Shown: positions 13,646-26,984 of the stretch, in pieces | Numbering within the stretch: position 1 is the stretch's first letter | Layout of the letters: every line of letters begins with the position of its first letter | DNA from: Mustelus asterias | Lineage: Eukaryota | Reading direction: 5' to 3' | NCBI RefSeq assembly: GCF_964213995.1 | Contig: NW_027590150.1 | Location: forward strand, 434,001 to 498,000 | DNA: 64,000 nucleotides | The notes under the pieces: model-generated | Database searches by the model: none | Told to the model about the DNA's origin: nothing | The model's input: only the letters and a program-made list of their open reading frames with translations | Made by a program: the position numbers and the translations under genes

Positions 13646-13957
13646 GGGGCGGCACAGCATCACAGTGGTTAGCACTGCGGTCTCACAGAGACCTGGGTTC
13701 GATTCCTGGCTTGCGTCACTGTCTGTGTTGAGTTTGCACGTTCTCCCCGTGTCTGTGTGGGGTTCCCCGGGTCCTCTGGTTTCCTCCTACAGTCCAGAGA
13801 GTTGCGGGTGAGGCGGGTTGGCCATGCAAAATTGCCCCTTAGTGTCAGGGGGACGAGCCAGGTAAATACATGGGGTAATGGGGATAGGGCCTGGGTGGGA
13901 TTGTGTTCGGTGCAGCTTCGATGGGCCGAATTGCCTCATTCTTCAGTATGTGATTCT
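13646..13957 (+). mobile_element. HE1/V-SINE
   Basis: tRNA-like head, V core and CR1-like tail. Confidence 0.8.
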
Positions 13958-14010
13958 CGGAAGTTAAACTATGCAGGCTTCGCACGCCATTAATAAGAAA
14001 GGTCCCAAAG

Positions 14011-14083
14011 TGTTTCTGTCGGGTTTTGATACGGGAATCTTTCGAGTGTGAGGCGAACGTGATAACCATGACATTACATGAAC
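14011..14083 (-). pseudogene. tRNA-Val(CAC) pseudogene
   Basis: Reverse complement of a Val tRNA, with several stem and T-loop mismatches. Confidence 0.8.
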
Positions 14084-15257
14084 AGCTGACAGCATATTTT
14101 AGCTAATCGGCATGTCTGCAATGTCCAACTGCGCTGCGCTGCTGCAGGTTCCAATGGTTAGACTGAGAGCCCATGTCACTGAATTCAAGAAGAAAACTGG
14201 TACTTTTAACCTGATTTCACAACTTATCTTGAACATCAAAATTTAAAAGCTTTCGTCTGGCAAATATCTGAGGGAGCAATGATTTCTGCCCATTCATTAA
14301 TGCATCATTCTCATCTTCCTTCGAATAATCTCAAACAATTGTACTCATTAATAAAAGTAATTACTGCGGATGCTGGAATCGGAAACCAAAAGAGAAAATG
14401 CTGGAAAATCTCGCAATATCTCAGCATCTGTAAGGAGAGAGAAGGGCTGACGATTCGAGTCCAGATGGCACTGTGTCAAAGCTAATTGAGCAATTGCACT
14501 CAGTATTTGTTTCAATATTTAGTATCAATGCATTATTTAACACATATGTCTTCATTATTAATTGAATATCTCTGGAATTGAATGTCACAGAATTGCAAAC
14601 ATAACTGACTAACAGAACGAATCGAATCACCGGGTAATACAGATCGCAATTTTGAGATTGATCATAGCCAGCTTTTAAACAAAGTCAACTACGTTTAATT
14701 GGAAGTGATTCAAAAATGAACTTTTCGTGACACTTGGGCCTTTTTTTTATCTAGGGGGTGAAATATTCAGGCGCATAAATTCCGACCATTTATAGGAAAG
14801 TCCAGAAGATCTGCACTGAGTCCCGATTCCCTCATCTGTCTGAGTGTTTTTTTTTCTATTTCCTTGTTGTGAACAACGATTTTAAAATGGAATCTTCTGG
14901 GAAATGAGCGCCATTTCCGATAGATCACTTACAATATCACTTGTGTCAGTCTTCTGGAGCAGACACTACTATTAGATATATTTCAGACGGTGATTAGCCA
15001 TGTCAGTCTGCACCTGTAAACCCATTAAATTCTGTTGTAGACTGAACGAGATGCGAATATGTGCACAGTGTCAAAATCGAAACGTTTCTTTCCTGTCAGT
15101 GCATCAAAACAAAATCAGCATTTCTTATTTTACAGAAAACATTAGAGGCCGATGTCAGAGCCGATAATATGCCTGTAATACCGAGGTTCAGATAATGTTG
15201 AGGAACGAACTGAAATCATGCAATTTTCCTTCACCCGACATGAGAAATCTTAATGAA

Positions 15258-15330
15258 TGTTTCTGCTTCGTTTGGAACCAGGATCCTTCCGCGTGTCAGA
15301 CGAACATAATAACCACTACACTACAGAAAC
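15258..15330 (-). pseudogene. tRNA-Val-derived pseudogene, anticodon GAC
   Basis: GTTTCTGTAGTGTAGTGGTTATTATGTTCGTCTGACACGCGG...; T arm degenerate. Confidence 0.8.
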
Positions 15331-16449
15331 AGCTGGACGCAAGCTGCAGCAAATCGGCCTGTCCGCAATGTTCAACTGCTGCAGGTTCCAATGGTTAGAC
15401 TGAGAGCACATGTCACTTAATTCAGGAAGATAACCGTTGCTTTCAATCTGATTGCTCAACTTATCATGAACTTCAAAAGTTAAAAGCGTTCTTCTGGCAA
15501 ATATCTAAGGGAACAATGATTTCTGGCCATTCATTAATGCATCATTCTCATCTTCCTTCGACTAATCTCAACCAATTTTACTCAGCGATAAAAGCAAATT
15601 CCCGCGGAAACTGGAATCGGAAACCAAACGAAAAAATGCTGGTAAATCACAAAACGTCTGCCAGCACCTGTAAGGAGAGAAATGAGCTGATGTTTCGAAT
15701 CCAGGTGACACTTTAACAAAGTTCATTGTACAATTGTACTCAGTATTTGTTTCAGTATTTAGTCTGAATGCATTATTTAACACATATGTCTTCATTATGA
15801 ATTGTATATCTCTGAAATTCAATACAATAGAATTGCAAATATAACTGACCAACATGAATCGAGTCACCGGGGAATACAGATCACAATTATGAGATTGACC
15901 ATAGCGAACGACATTTAAACAAAGTGAACTACATTTAAATAGACGAGATTGAAGAATTATCTGCTATTGACACTTGTGTCTTTTTTATTATGGGCGTGAA
16001 ATATTAAGGCACATAAATTCCGGACACTTAAATGAAAGTCCAGTAGATCCGCACTAAGTCTCGATTTCCTCATCTGTCTGAGTGGTTTTTTTTTTCCTAT
16101 TTCTTTGTTTTGAAGAACGATTAAAGAAAAAGATTATTCTGGGAAATGTGCGCCATTTCCGATAGTTCGCTTGCAGTATCACTTGTGTTAGTCCCCTGGA
16201 GCACATACTACAATTCGAACAGTTCCAGATGGTGATTAGCTACGTTAATCTGCACCCATAAACTCATTAAATTCTGTTGTTGACTGAACGTGATGCGAAT
16301 ATGTGCACAGTGTCAAAATCGAAATGTTTCTTTCCTGTCATTTCGTCACAAAGCTATCAACATTCTTATTTTACAGAAAGCACTTGAGGCCGAGGTCAGA
16401 GCAAAGATCATATGGCTGCAATATCAAGATTCGGATAACGTTCAGCAAC

Positions 16450-17224
16450 GAAGGTCTAATACAGATAGGAAATATACAGTAAATGGCAGCACCCTTAAGA
16501 GTATTGATAGGCAAAGGGATCTGGGTGTACAAGTACACAGGTCACTGAAAGTGGCAATGCAGGTGGAGAAGGTAGTCAAGAAGGCATACCGCATGCTTGC
16601 CTTCATCGGCCGGGGCATTGAGTTTAAAAATTGGCAAGTCATGTTGCAGCTTTATTGAACCTTATTTAGGCCGCACTTGGAATATCGTGTTGAATTCTGG
16701 TTGCCACACAACCAGAAGGATGTGGAGCTTTGGAGAGGGTACATAAAAGATTTACCAGGATGTTGCGTGGTATGGAGAGGATTAGCTACGAGGAGAGATT
16801 GCAGAAACTTGGTTTGTTCTCACTAGAGCGACGGAGGTTGAGGGGCGACCTGATAGAAGTCTACAAGATTATGAGAGGCATGGACAGAATGGATAGTCAG
16901 AAGCTTTTTTCCTAGGGTGGAAGAGTCAATGACTAGGGGACATAGGTTTAAGTTGCGAGGGGTAAGGTTTAAAGGAGATGTACGAGGCAGAATTTTTACA
17001 CAGGGTTTCGTGGGTGTCTGGGACTTGTTGCCAGGGGAAGTAGTGGAAGCGAATACGGTCGTGACTTTTAAGGGGCGTCTTGACAAGTACATGAATAGGA
17101 ATGGGAACAGAGGGATATGGTCCCCGGAAGGATCGGGGTTTTAGTTAATTCGGGCAGCATGGTCGGTGCAGGGTTGGAGGGCCGAAGGGCCTGTTCCTGT
17201 GCTGTAATATTCTTTGTTCTTTGT
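16450..17224 (+). mobile_element. CR1-type LINE 3' fragment inside a tRNA-Val unit
   Basis: RDLGVQVH...LAFIGRGIEFK; (TTCTTTG)n tail; splits the unit sequence gttcagcaacga|actgaaatc. Confidence 0.9.
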
Positions 17225-17643
17225 ACTGAAATCATACAGATTTTCCTCAATCTAAATTAGGAAGCTCAATAAATGTTTCTGCCAGGTTTTGAACCGGGAA
17301 CCTTTCGCCTCTCTGCAATTTTCAACTGCGCTGTATTGCTGCAGTTTCAAATGATTAGACTGAGAGCCCATGTCACTTGTTTCAGGAAGATAACCGTTAC
17401 TTTCAATGTGATTGCTCAACTTATCTTGAACTTCAAAATTTGAAAGCGATCGCCTGGCAAATATCTAAGGGATCAATGATTTCTGCTCATTCACTAATGC
17501 ATCATATTCATCTTCCTTCGAATAATCTCAACCACTTGTGCTCATTAATAAAAGCAAATTACTGCGGATGATGGATTCTGAAACCAAAGGAGAAAATGCT
17601 GGAAAATCTCATATGGTCTGGCAGCATCTGTAAGGAGAGAAAG

Positions 17644-17684
17644 GAGCTGACGTTTCGAGTCCAGATGACACTTTGTCAAAGCTC
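17644..17684 (-). ncRNA. Minimal type-I hammerhead ribozyme motif, U3-A8 variant (best-preserved copy)
   Basis: Minus strand reads GAGCT TTGACAA A GTGTC ATCTG GACTC GAA ACGT C AGCTC: stem I GAGCT/AGCTC, core UUGACAA and GAA, stem II with one U-U mismatch, palindromic ACGU in place of stem III, GUC cleavage triplet. Confidence 0.65.
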
Positions 17685-18108
17685 ATTGTACAATTGTACT
17701 CAGTATTTGTTTCAATATTTAGTATCAATGCGTTATTTAACACATATGTCTTCATTATGAATTGAATATCTCTGAACTTGAATATCACTGAATTGCAAAC
17801 ATAACTGGCCAACTGAAAGAGTCGAATCACCGGGTAATACAGATCCCATGGTGTTTGTTTGAGATTGGCCATCGTCAGCTTTTAAACAAAGTCAACTATA
17901 ATTAAATGGAAGAGATTGAACAATTATCTGTTAGGTATACTTGAGCCTTTTTATTATAAGTGTGAAACATTCAGGCGCATAAATTCCAGCCAGCTATAGG
18001 AAAGATTAGTTGATCCGCACTGAGTCTCCATTTCCTCATCTGTCTGAGTGTTTTTTTTCCGATTTCCATGTGATGAAGCAACATTTTAAAAAAAGATTCT
18101 TCTGGGAA

Positions 18109-21100
18109 ATAGAACATAGAACATAGAAAGCCACAGCACAAACAGGCCCTTCGGCCCACAAGTTGCGCCGATCACATCCCCACCTCTAGGCCTATCTATA
18201 GCCCTCAATCCCATTAAATCCCATGTACTCATCCAGAAGTCTCTTAAAAGACCCCAACGAGTTTGCCTCCACCACCACCGACGTCAGCCGATTCCACTCA
18301 CCCACCACCCTCTGAGTGAAAAACTTACCCCTGACATCCCCCCTGTACCTACCCCCCAGCACCTTAAACCTGTGTCCTCTCGTAGCAACCATTTCAGCCC
18401 TTGGAAATAGCCTCTGAGAGTCTACCCTATCCAGACCTCTCAACATCTTGTAAACCTCTATCAGATCACCTCTCATCCTTCGTCTCTCCAGGGAGAAGAG
18501 ACCAAGCTCCCTCAACCTATCCTCATAAGGCATGCCCCCCAATCCAGGCAACATCCTTGTAAATCTCCTCTGCACCCTTTCAATGGCTTCAACATCTTTC
18601 CTGTAATGAGGTGACCAGAACTGCGCGCAGTACTCCAAGTGGGGTCTAACCAGGGTCCTATAAAGCTGCAGCATTATCTCCCGACTCCTAAACTCAATCC
18701 CTCGATTAATGAAGGCCAGTACACCGTACGCCTTCTTGACCGCATCCTCCACCTGCGAGGCCGATTTAAGAGTCCTATGGACCCGGACCCCAAGGTCCTT
18801 CTGATCCTCTACACTGCTAAGAATGGTACCCTTCATATTATACTGCTGCTTCATCCCATTGGATCTGCCAAAATGGATCACCACACACTTATCCGGGTTG
18901 AAGTCCATCTGCCACTTCTCCGCCCAGTCTTGCATTCTATCTATGTCTCGCTGCAACTTCTGACATCCCTCCAAACTATCCACAACACCACCTACCTTGG
19001 TGTCGTCAGCAAACTTACCAACCCATCCCTCCACTTCCTCATCCAGTTCATTTATGAAAATGACAAACAGCAAGGGTCCCAGAACAGATCCCTGGGGCAC
19101 TCCACTGGTCACTGACCTCCATGCAGAGAAAGACCCCTCCACAGCCACTCTCTGCCTTCTGCAGGCAAGCCAGTTCTGGATCCACAAGGCAACAGCCCCT
19201 TGGATCCCATGCCCTCTCACTTTCTCAAGAAGTCTTGCATGGGGGACCTTATCGAACGCCTTGCTGAAGTCCATATAGACCACATCCACCGCTCTTCCTT
19301 CGTAAGGCACGACCTGCCCTTGACAAAGCCGTGCTGACTACTTTTGATCATACTAAACTTCTCTCAGGATCCTCTCCATCAACTTACCAACCACTGAGGT
19401 TAGACTCACCGGTCGGTAATTTCCCGGGCTGTCCCTGTTCCCTTTCCTGAATATAGGGACCACATCTGCAATCCTCCAATCCTCCGGAACCTCTCCCGTC
19501 TCCATCGACGATGCAAAGATCATCGCCAAAGGCTCCGCAATCTCCTCCCTCGCCTCCCACAGTAACCTGGGGTACATCCCATCCGGTCCCGGCGACTTAC
19601 CAACCTTGATGCCATTCAATAGTTCCAACACATCCTCTTTCTTTATGTCCACATGCTCGATCCTTTCTGTCCACCGCAAACCAGCAGTACAACCACCCAG
19701 ATCCCTTTCCACCGTGAATACCGAGGTAAAGTATTCATTAAGCAGCTCCGCCATTTCTAACGGTTCCGCACAAACTTTTCCCCCTTCACCTTTTAAGGGT
19801 CCTATGCCTTCACATCTCATCCTTTTACTCTTGACATATTTGTAGAAAGCCTTGGGATTCTCCTTAATCTTACCCGCCAAGGCCTTCTCATGACCCCTTC
19901 TCGCTCTCGTAATTTCCTTCTTAAGCTCCTTCCTACATCCCGTATACTCCTCTAAATCCTTAACACCTCCTAGCTCTCTGAACCTTCTGTACGCCTCTCT
20001 TTTCTTATTCACCAGGTTCATCACAACCTTCGTGCACCACGGTTCCCGTACCCTACCAACACCCCCCTGTCTCATCGGAACGTTGTCATGCAGAGCTCCA
20101 GACAAACATTCCTTGAAAATCCTCCACTTTCCTTTGGTACTTTTCCCCAAGAATGCCTCCTTCCAATTTACCCGTCTAATTTCCTCCCTGATGACACTGT
20201 ATTTCCCTTTACTCCAGAGAAACACTTTCCTAGCCTGCCTGATCCTATCTCTTTCCAATGCTATCGTGAAGGAGATAGAATTATGATCGCTATCCCCAAG
20301 ATGCTCACCCACCGAGAGATCCTCCACCTGTCCAGGTTCATTAGCCAGCACCAGATCAAGTACAGCCTCTCCTCTAGTAGGCTTATCCACATACTGTGTC
20401 AGGAAACTCTCCTGGACACACCTAACAAACTCCTCTCCATCCAAACCCCTAGCCCTAGGGATATTCCAATCTATGTTTGGGAAATTAAAATCTCCCATCA
20501 CGACAACTCTGTTATTCCTACATCTCTCCAGGATCTGTTTCCCCATCTGCTCCTCAACATCTCTGTTACTATTGGGCGGCCTATAGAAAACACCCAGCAA
20601 CGTTACCGACCCCTTCCTGTTCCTAACCTCCACCCACAGAGACTCCGTAGTCAATCCCTCCACGGCGTCCACCTTCTCTACAGCCGTGACACTATCCCTG
20701 ATCAACAGTGCCACTCCCCCCCCCTCTCTTGCCTCCCTCCCTGTCCTTCCTGAAACATCTAAAACCCGGCACCTGAAGCACCCAGTCCTGTCCCTGAGAC
20801 ATCCAAGTCTCCGTAATGGCCACCACATCACAATTCGAAGCAGCAATCCACGCTCTAAGCTCATCCACTTTATTCACTACACTCCTGGCATTAAAATAGA
20901 CACATCTCAGACCTTCAGCCTGAGCACTTCCCTTCTCCATCACTCGTCTAACCTCCCTCTTACCCTGTTTACATTCCTTATCTATTTCCGAGCTAACCTC
21001 CTCGCTCTCAGTCCCCTCATTTCGATTCCCTCCCCCCAACCTTTCTAGTTTAAAGTCTCTCCAGTAGCCTTAGCCAACCTTCCCGCCAGGATATTGGTCC

Positions 21101-21800
21101 CCCTGGGATTCAAGTGCCACCCGTCTTTTTTAAACAGGTCACACCTGCCCCTAAAGAGGTCCCAATGATCCAAGTACCCAAATCCTTGTCCCTTGCTCCA
21201 GACCCTCAGCCACGCATTCATTCTCCACCGATTCCTGTTCTCACTCTCCCGCGGCACAGGCAGCAATCCCGAGATTACTACCTTTGCATTCCTCTTTCTC
21301 AGCTGTCTACCTAACTCCCTATATTCTCTTTTCATGACCCCTTCCCTTTTCCTACCTATGTCAGCAGTACCTATATGCATCACGACCTTCGGCTCCTCTC
21401 CCTCCCCCTTCAGGATTTCTGGGACTCGACCAGAGACATCCCGGACCCCTGCACCAGGGAGGCAAACCACCATCCGAGAGTCCCGTCTGTGTCCGCAAAA
21501 ACGCCTATCTGACCCCCTCACCGTAGAGTCCCCAATTAGCACTACCCTCCTTTCCTTACCCTTTTGCACTACTGGGCCAGGCTCAGCTCCAGAGACACTG
21601 CCACCGCTGCTTCCCCCAGGTGGGCTGTCCACCCCAGTAGTACTCAGACAGGAGTACTTATTATTAAGGGGCACATCCATCGGGGTGCTCACCATCAACC
21701 GAGCTTTCTCCTTCCTCACTGTTACCCAGTTACCCTCCTCCCGTGGTCCCGGTGTGACCACCTGCCGATAGCTCCTGTCAATGACCTCCTCACTATCCAT
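18109..21800 (-). mobile_element. Near-full-length CR1 LINE: ORF1 SGNH/GDSL esterase (21045-~21790) and broken ORF2 APE endonuclease/RT
   Basis: ORF1 VLIGDS...CLPGA...HIGT.D...DGWHLN; ORF2 YFNARS, ITETW, FYRPP, MGDFN, SDHN, FADD; frameshift near 20710 and deletions near 19300-19355; (TTCTATG)n tail. Confidence 0.95.
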
Positions 21801-21836
21801 TGTGAGGAGGTCATTGACAGGAGCTATCGGCAGGTG
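21759..21836. repeat. Perfect 35-bp inverted repeat with 8-nt loop at the LINE 5' junction
   Basis: CACCTGCCGATAGCTCCTGTCAATGACCTCCTCAC tatccatt GTGAGGAGGTCATTGACAGGAGCTATCGGCAGGTG. Confidence 0.95.
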
Positions 21837-23757
21837 CGCCATTTCCCCGAGTTCACTTTGAGTATCACTTGTGTTTGTCTTTTTGAGCACACACTCCTAT
21901 TAGACATGCTTCAGATGGTGATTCGCTATTTTAGTTTGCCCCTGTGAACCCATTAAATTTTGTTGTCCACTGAACAAGATGATACTATGTGCAGGTTGTC
22001 AAAGTAGAGACGTTTCTTTCCTGTCAGTGCGTCAAAAAAATCAGCGTTTCTTATTCACAGAAACCATTTGAGGTTGAGTTCAGAGGAAATATAATATTGT
22101 TGTAATATCGAGATTCGGATAATGGTCAGCAACGAACTGAAATCATACAGGATTTCCCTCATCTTACATGAGAAAGCTTAACGAATGCTGTTTCCCCGTT
22201 TCGGACCGGGGACTCTTCGTGTTTTAGGGGAACGGGATAACCACTCCACTGCAGCTAGCATTGGGGCCTCAATGGCCCTGACTACAATGTTTAACTCCAC
22301 TTTGTTGCTGCAGGTTTGAATGGTATGATTGAGGGCCCATGTCACTTAATACAACAGCACATCCCTGACTTTCAACCCGATATCTCAACTTACCTTGTTC
22401 TTCAAAATTAAAAAGTGTTCGTCCGGCAAATATCTAAGGAAGCACTGATTTGTGCTCAATTATTAATGCGCCATTCTTATCTTCCTGCGAATAATTTCAA
22501 CCAATTATACTCAGTATCTGTTTCATAGAATCAGTGCAGAAACGGCCAATCGGCCCAACGAATCAGCAGCGACGCCAGAGTATCATAACCAGGCCATTAC
22601 CCCTGCTGTCCCCACAACGCTACTCTTTCCCCATGGCTAATCAATCTAACCGAGGGGCAATGCCCAATCCACCTTGGATCATCATTCAATTTTTAATATC
22701 AATACAGATTTTTAATATATATATGTCCAAATTCTGAATTTAATATCTCTGGAATATGCAATTGGTCTGACTGCATTGTTCAACCCCGCTCTATTGCTGC
22801 AGGTTCGAATGGTTAGACTGAGAGTCCATGTACCTCCGTGCAAGAGACAACCGTTACTTGCAACGTGATGTCTCAACTTGTCTCGAATTTCAAAATTTAA
22901 AAACATTCATCGGACAAATGTCTAAGGGAGCAATGATTTCTGCTCCATCGTGAATGCGTCATTCTCATATACCATCGATTAACTTCAACCACTTATATCC
23001 AGTATTTGTTCGGCAATCAACATTTACTATCAATCCAGTTATTTAACACAGATGTCCTCATTGCGAATTGAATATGTCTGAAATATACAAAATTAAATTG
23101 CAAACATTACTGACCAACAAAATAAATCGAGTCACGGGTAATACACATCCAATGGTGCTTTTTTGAGTTTGACCATGATCAGCCTTTAAACCAAATCAAA
23201 TATATTTAAAGGAAAGAGATTCAAGAATGATCTGCCAGTTATACTTGATCCCTCTTTATTCTGTGTGTGAAACATTCTGGCACCTAAATCTCGTTCATCT
23301 ATAGGAGATCCAGAAGGTCCGCTTTGATTCTCGATTTCCTCTTCTGTCTGAGAGGTTTTCCCTATTTCGTTATTATGAAGAACAATTTTAAAAAGATGCT
23401 TCGGGGAAATGTTCTCCATTTTCTCTACTTCAGTTACAGTATCACTTGTATCTGTATTTGTGAGCACACAATACTATTAGACATGTTTCAGTTGGTGATG
23501 AATTATGTTAGTCTGCATTTATAAACCTATTAAATTCGGGAGTGGGCTGAAAATATTGCTAATATGTGCACGGTTTTAAAATAGGAACATCTATTTCCTC
23601 TCATTGCGTCATGAAAATACAAGGTTTCTGATTTTGCTGAAAGCTTTTGAGGTGAGCGCAAATATAACATGGCTGTAACATCGAGTTTTGGATAATGTTC
23701 AGCTACAATCTGAAATTATACAGACTTCCCTCAACCTTAATGGACAAATGTCATTAA

Positions 23758-23830
23758 TGATTCTGCTCGATTTCGAACGTGGGCCCTTGCGTGCGTGAGG
23801 CAAATGCAATCAGCACTACACCACAGAAAC
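23758..23830 (-). pseudogene. tRNA-Val(CAC) pseudogene
   Basis: GTTTCTGTGGTGTAGTG...GCCTCACGC...GTTCGAAATCGAGCAGAATCA, many mismatches. Confidence 0.75.
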
Positions 23831-24518
23831 TGTTGGCTGCTCCGTAGCCCAATGGGGCTGAGTTGATATGTTGCAATATTCGTTGGGAATGCTGGAGACA
23901 CATTAATCTAAGAATGATTGAAAATGGTTAACAATGTCACAGAACGATGAGAGGCTCATCAATCCATCAGATCTTTGCGAATTATTTTATGAGGAGCTGA
24001 ATAATTAAGATGTCGTTGCGGGATTGATGGGTCGAAGGGCCTGTTCCTGTCCTGAACTGTTCTTTGTTCCAATTTCAATTTCCTCCTCTAATTCCATGAA
24101 GTTGATGTTTCTCCCTTTTAAGTCATTGAAAAATCCCAATTTGAAGAAGGAGTTTCTGCGGAATCCATGGACAATTTGCTTTAACAACCTTTCCCTTACC
24201 CAATGGCAGCAAGTATTGGATTTAGCTTCCTGATATAGTTTTCAACGTAAACATATATTTATTTTTGCAATTGATTTTATATCGATTTTACAAAACGAAT
24301 TTAAATCTGATGAAGCATCTCCTCATTATTTCTGAATTATACCTAATATAACTACATTTACTCCACAACCTTCCACAGAGTGTGGAATATAACAGACGAG
24401 AATAAATCACCTACACCTGAAGCAGTCTTCTTGTGCTGTCCTCCTGTGTCCTGAACATCCAATCCGAAAACCTCGAGAATGGATGGAGAATCTGTCTTAT
24501 TCACACGGACTTCACATA

Positions 24519-24700
24519 GGCCAACACAGTGGCACAGTGGTTAGTACTGCTGTTTCACAATGCTAGGGACCCGGGTTCAATTGAAATTCCTCCTTCGTGT
24601 ACACGAATAGGCGGCGGAATGTGGCGACGAGAGGATTTTCACAGTAACTTGAATTATTAATTGCAGGATTAATGTAAGCCTGGTTGTGACACTAGTAAAT
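24519..24700 (+). mobile_element. SINE with tRNA-like head and a different (non-CR1) tail, internally deleted
   Basis: GGCACAGTGGTTAGTACTGCTG...GGGTTCAATT joined to GGATTTTCACAGTAAC...GTAAGCC..TTGTGACACTAGTAAA. Confidence 0.55.
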
Positions 24701-25243
24701 ATGTTTTGCACACGGACACATCCAGAATATGTTTGGCGTAAAAATAAATATATCCATTATTGCTTATTCTGCAAAAGGGTCCACGTCGATTTGTCAATCA
24801 ATGATCACCATTGATGAGAAATAGATTTCTGGCTGCTCCTGTTGTTAAAATGTTGTGTTCCATCGCAATGAGTATCTAACACGATATTGCCGCACTTACA
24901 CCACACCAGGGAATTCCAGTTCAGGAAGTTTACTCTGGAGCTAGCACGCTTTTTACGTTGCCAATGAGTTCATGTCTCTTTTGTGTGTCAATGGCTGTGC
25001 CAATCTGCTTGGTTATCTTTCTTAGTGATTGTCCGTGTGTCTCGTGGAACAAGCTGCCAGAGGTATTAGTAGAGGCCGTTACAAGTTTATCTTTTAAAAA
25101 GCATTTAGATAGTATATGGGTACGATGGGTATAGAGTGATATGGGCCAAATGCGGGCAATTGAGATTAGCTGAGGGGTTTAAACAAAAACGGGCGGCATG
25201 GACAAGTTGGGCCGAAGGGCCTGTTTCCATGCTGTAAACCTCC

Positions 25244-25735
25244 AGAGATTTTAGAGAGAGTGCAGAGGAGGTTTACCAGGATGTTGCCTGGTATGGAAGG
25301 GCTTAGTTATGAGGAGAGATTGGGTAAACTGGGGTTGTTCTCACTGGAAAGACGGAGGAAGAGGGGTGACCTAAGAGAGGTGTATAAAATTATGAAAGGC
25401 ATAGATAGAGTGAACGGTGAGAAGCTTTTTCCCAGGTCGGTGGTGACGTTCATGAGGGGTCATAGGTTCAAGATGAGGGGTGGAGGGGGGGGGGGGGGGA
25501 GGTTTAATACGGATATCAGAAGGAGGTATTTTACACAGAGGGTGGTGGGGGCCTGGAATGCGCTGCCGGGCAAGGTGGTGGAGGTGGTGGGAACGTTTAA
25601 GACTTATCTAGATAGCCACATGAACGGAGTGGGAATGGAGGGATACAAAAGAATGGTCTAGTTGGGACCAGGGAGCGGCGCGGGCTTGGAGGGCCGAAGG
25701 GCCTGTTCCTGTGCTGTATTGTTCTTTGTTCTTTG
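25244..25735 (+). mobile_element. CR1-type LINE 3' fragment nested in the tail of another CR1; absent from the right arm
   Basis: QRRFTRMLPG...FTQRVVGAWNALP; empty site at ~59455-59480. Confidence 0.9.
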
Positions 25736-26512
25736 ACTCTATGACTCTATGTTTGAGTCGATCGGTTTGGGAATCTATCACTTAGTTTACTGGTCTCTGT
25801 GTTGATTCTGTGCAGTATCTGAGACTTCCAGTGAACACGGAGGTGGAGGTATTCATGCATTATCATGGTTAGCAACGCAAACTAATAGGTGTCAGAAATC
25901 TGCAGAATAATTCTGGATTTATAACGAGGGACGTTAGAATTGATGTCACTGTCTGGGCATATATCTATATGGTTATATATCCTTATTCGTGTTGGTCTTT
26001 CCACGTGACCGTGTGTCTATCTGTTCTCCGCATGTCTGCTGGGTTTCCTCGGGTGCTGTGGTTTCCTCCAACAGACCAAAGATGTGCGGATTAGGTGGAT
26101 TGGCCATGATAAATTGACCCCTAGTGTCAGGGAGATTATGTGTGCGGTTACGGGAATAGGGCCTCGGTGGAATTGTGGTCGGTACAGATTCGCTGGGCCG
26201 AATGGCCTCCTTCTGTACTGTAGGGGTTCTATGATTCAATGTTCTCTATAAGTGTCAGTCTTTTCAGGTTGCCGCGTGTGTCCCTGTTTCCAATATGCGG
26301 CTGTGCTGTCCACGGGAGAGTACTCTCTGATCACTTATGAAAGATCACAATCCCTTTCTAAAGGAAGCGTCTGTTTGAAGATGTAAAGATGGGCGGAGAG
26401 ATGGAGTCACTTTGGACCTCATAACATCCCCCTGACTGTTTCAACATCTCCAATTGCAGATCTGATTCAGACAGTGATCAGTCTCTCTGTTTCTGCTGTT
26501 CAGACTCGAACC

Positions 26513-26984
26513 ATGGGGGTGAAACTCTGTCTCACTCTGGTTATTGTCCTGATTACAGGTCTGTCATTTTGAACTTCTGCGTGAAATCTGCCAGTCACCA
26601 CATTCATTCCCCATTTCCATCTGGAGGGGATTATTCCATTGTTGTTACTCCTTCTAACCCACTGCGTGTCTGTTACCTATTTTCAGACATGAGTAACGGT
26701 GACTCAGTGTCCCAGTCAGGACCAGGTGTTGAAGCAGCAGAGGGTGAAGATTCAGCAATACCCTGCAGTTACTCGGGACAGAGTTTAACTGTACAACATT
26801 ACTGTTCTGGTATCGCCAGTATACACACCGAGCTCCTCATTGACTGCTCAGAGCCGCGAATGTACGGGTCTCAAGGTTTTTTACATTGCAGCGGGAATCT
26901 CAACCTGAAACAAAGCACTTTTCACTTGCCCATGAAAGATTTGAAGGTGACAGACAGCACCGTGTATTACTGTGCACTGAGAGC
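26513..26984 (+). CDS. TCR alpha/delta V segment; leader 26513-26558, V exon 26687-26984; open frame but FR2 read out of frame
   Basis: Leader MGVKLCLTLVIVLIT, GT..AG intron, GDSVSQ...IPCSY...STFHLPMKDLKVTDSTVYYCALR, then a 23-RSS. WYRQ is encoded but in another frame. Confidence 0.85.

Larger units (their letters stand above)
11830..23840 (-). repeat. Tandem array of ~1.2-kb tRNA-Val units (minus cluster), interrupted by LINEs and SINEs
   Basis: Recurrent unit sequence, reverse complement of the 39.5-51.9 kb units; tRNA-Val copies at 14011, 15258, 17274 (3' half only), ~22190 and 23758. Confidence 0.9.

Noticed and set aside
15064-15102. CACAGTG in array units and SINE heads as cryptic RSSs
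   Set aside because: No nonamer-like sequence at 12- or 23-bp spacing.
18639-20753. Long plus-strand ORFs of 158-221 aa
   Set aside because: Antisense shadows of LINE ORF2.
21045-21890. Host GDSL/SGNH esterase gene
   Set aside because: It is CR1 ORF1 directly upstream of ORF2; the apparent N-terminus runs through the hairpin into array DNA.
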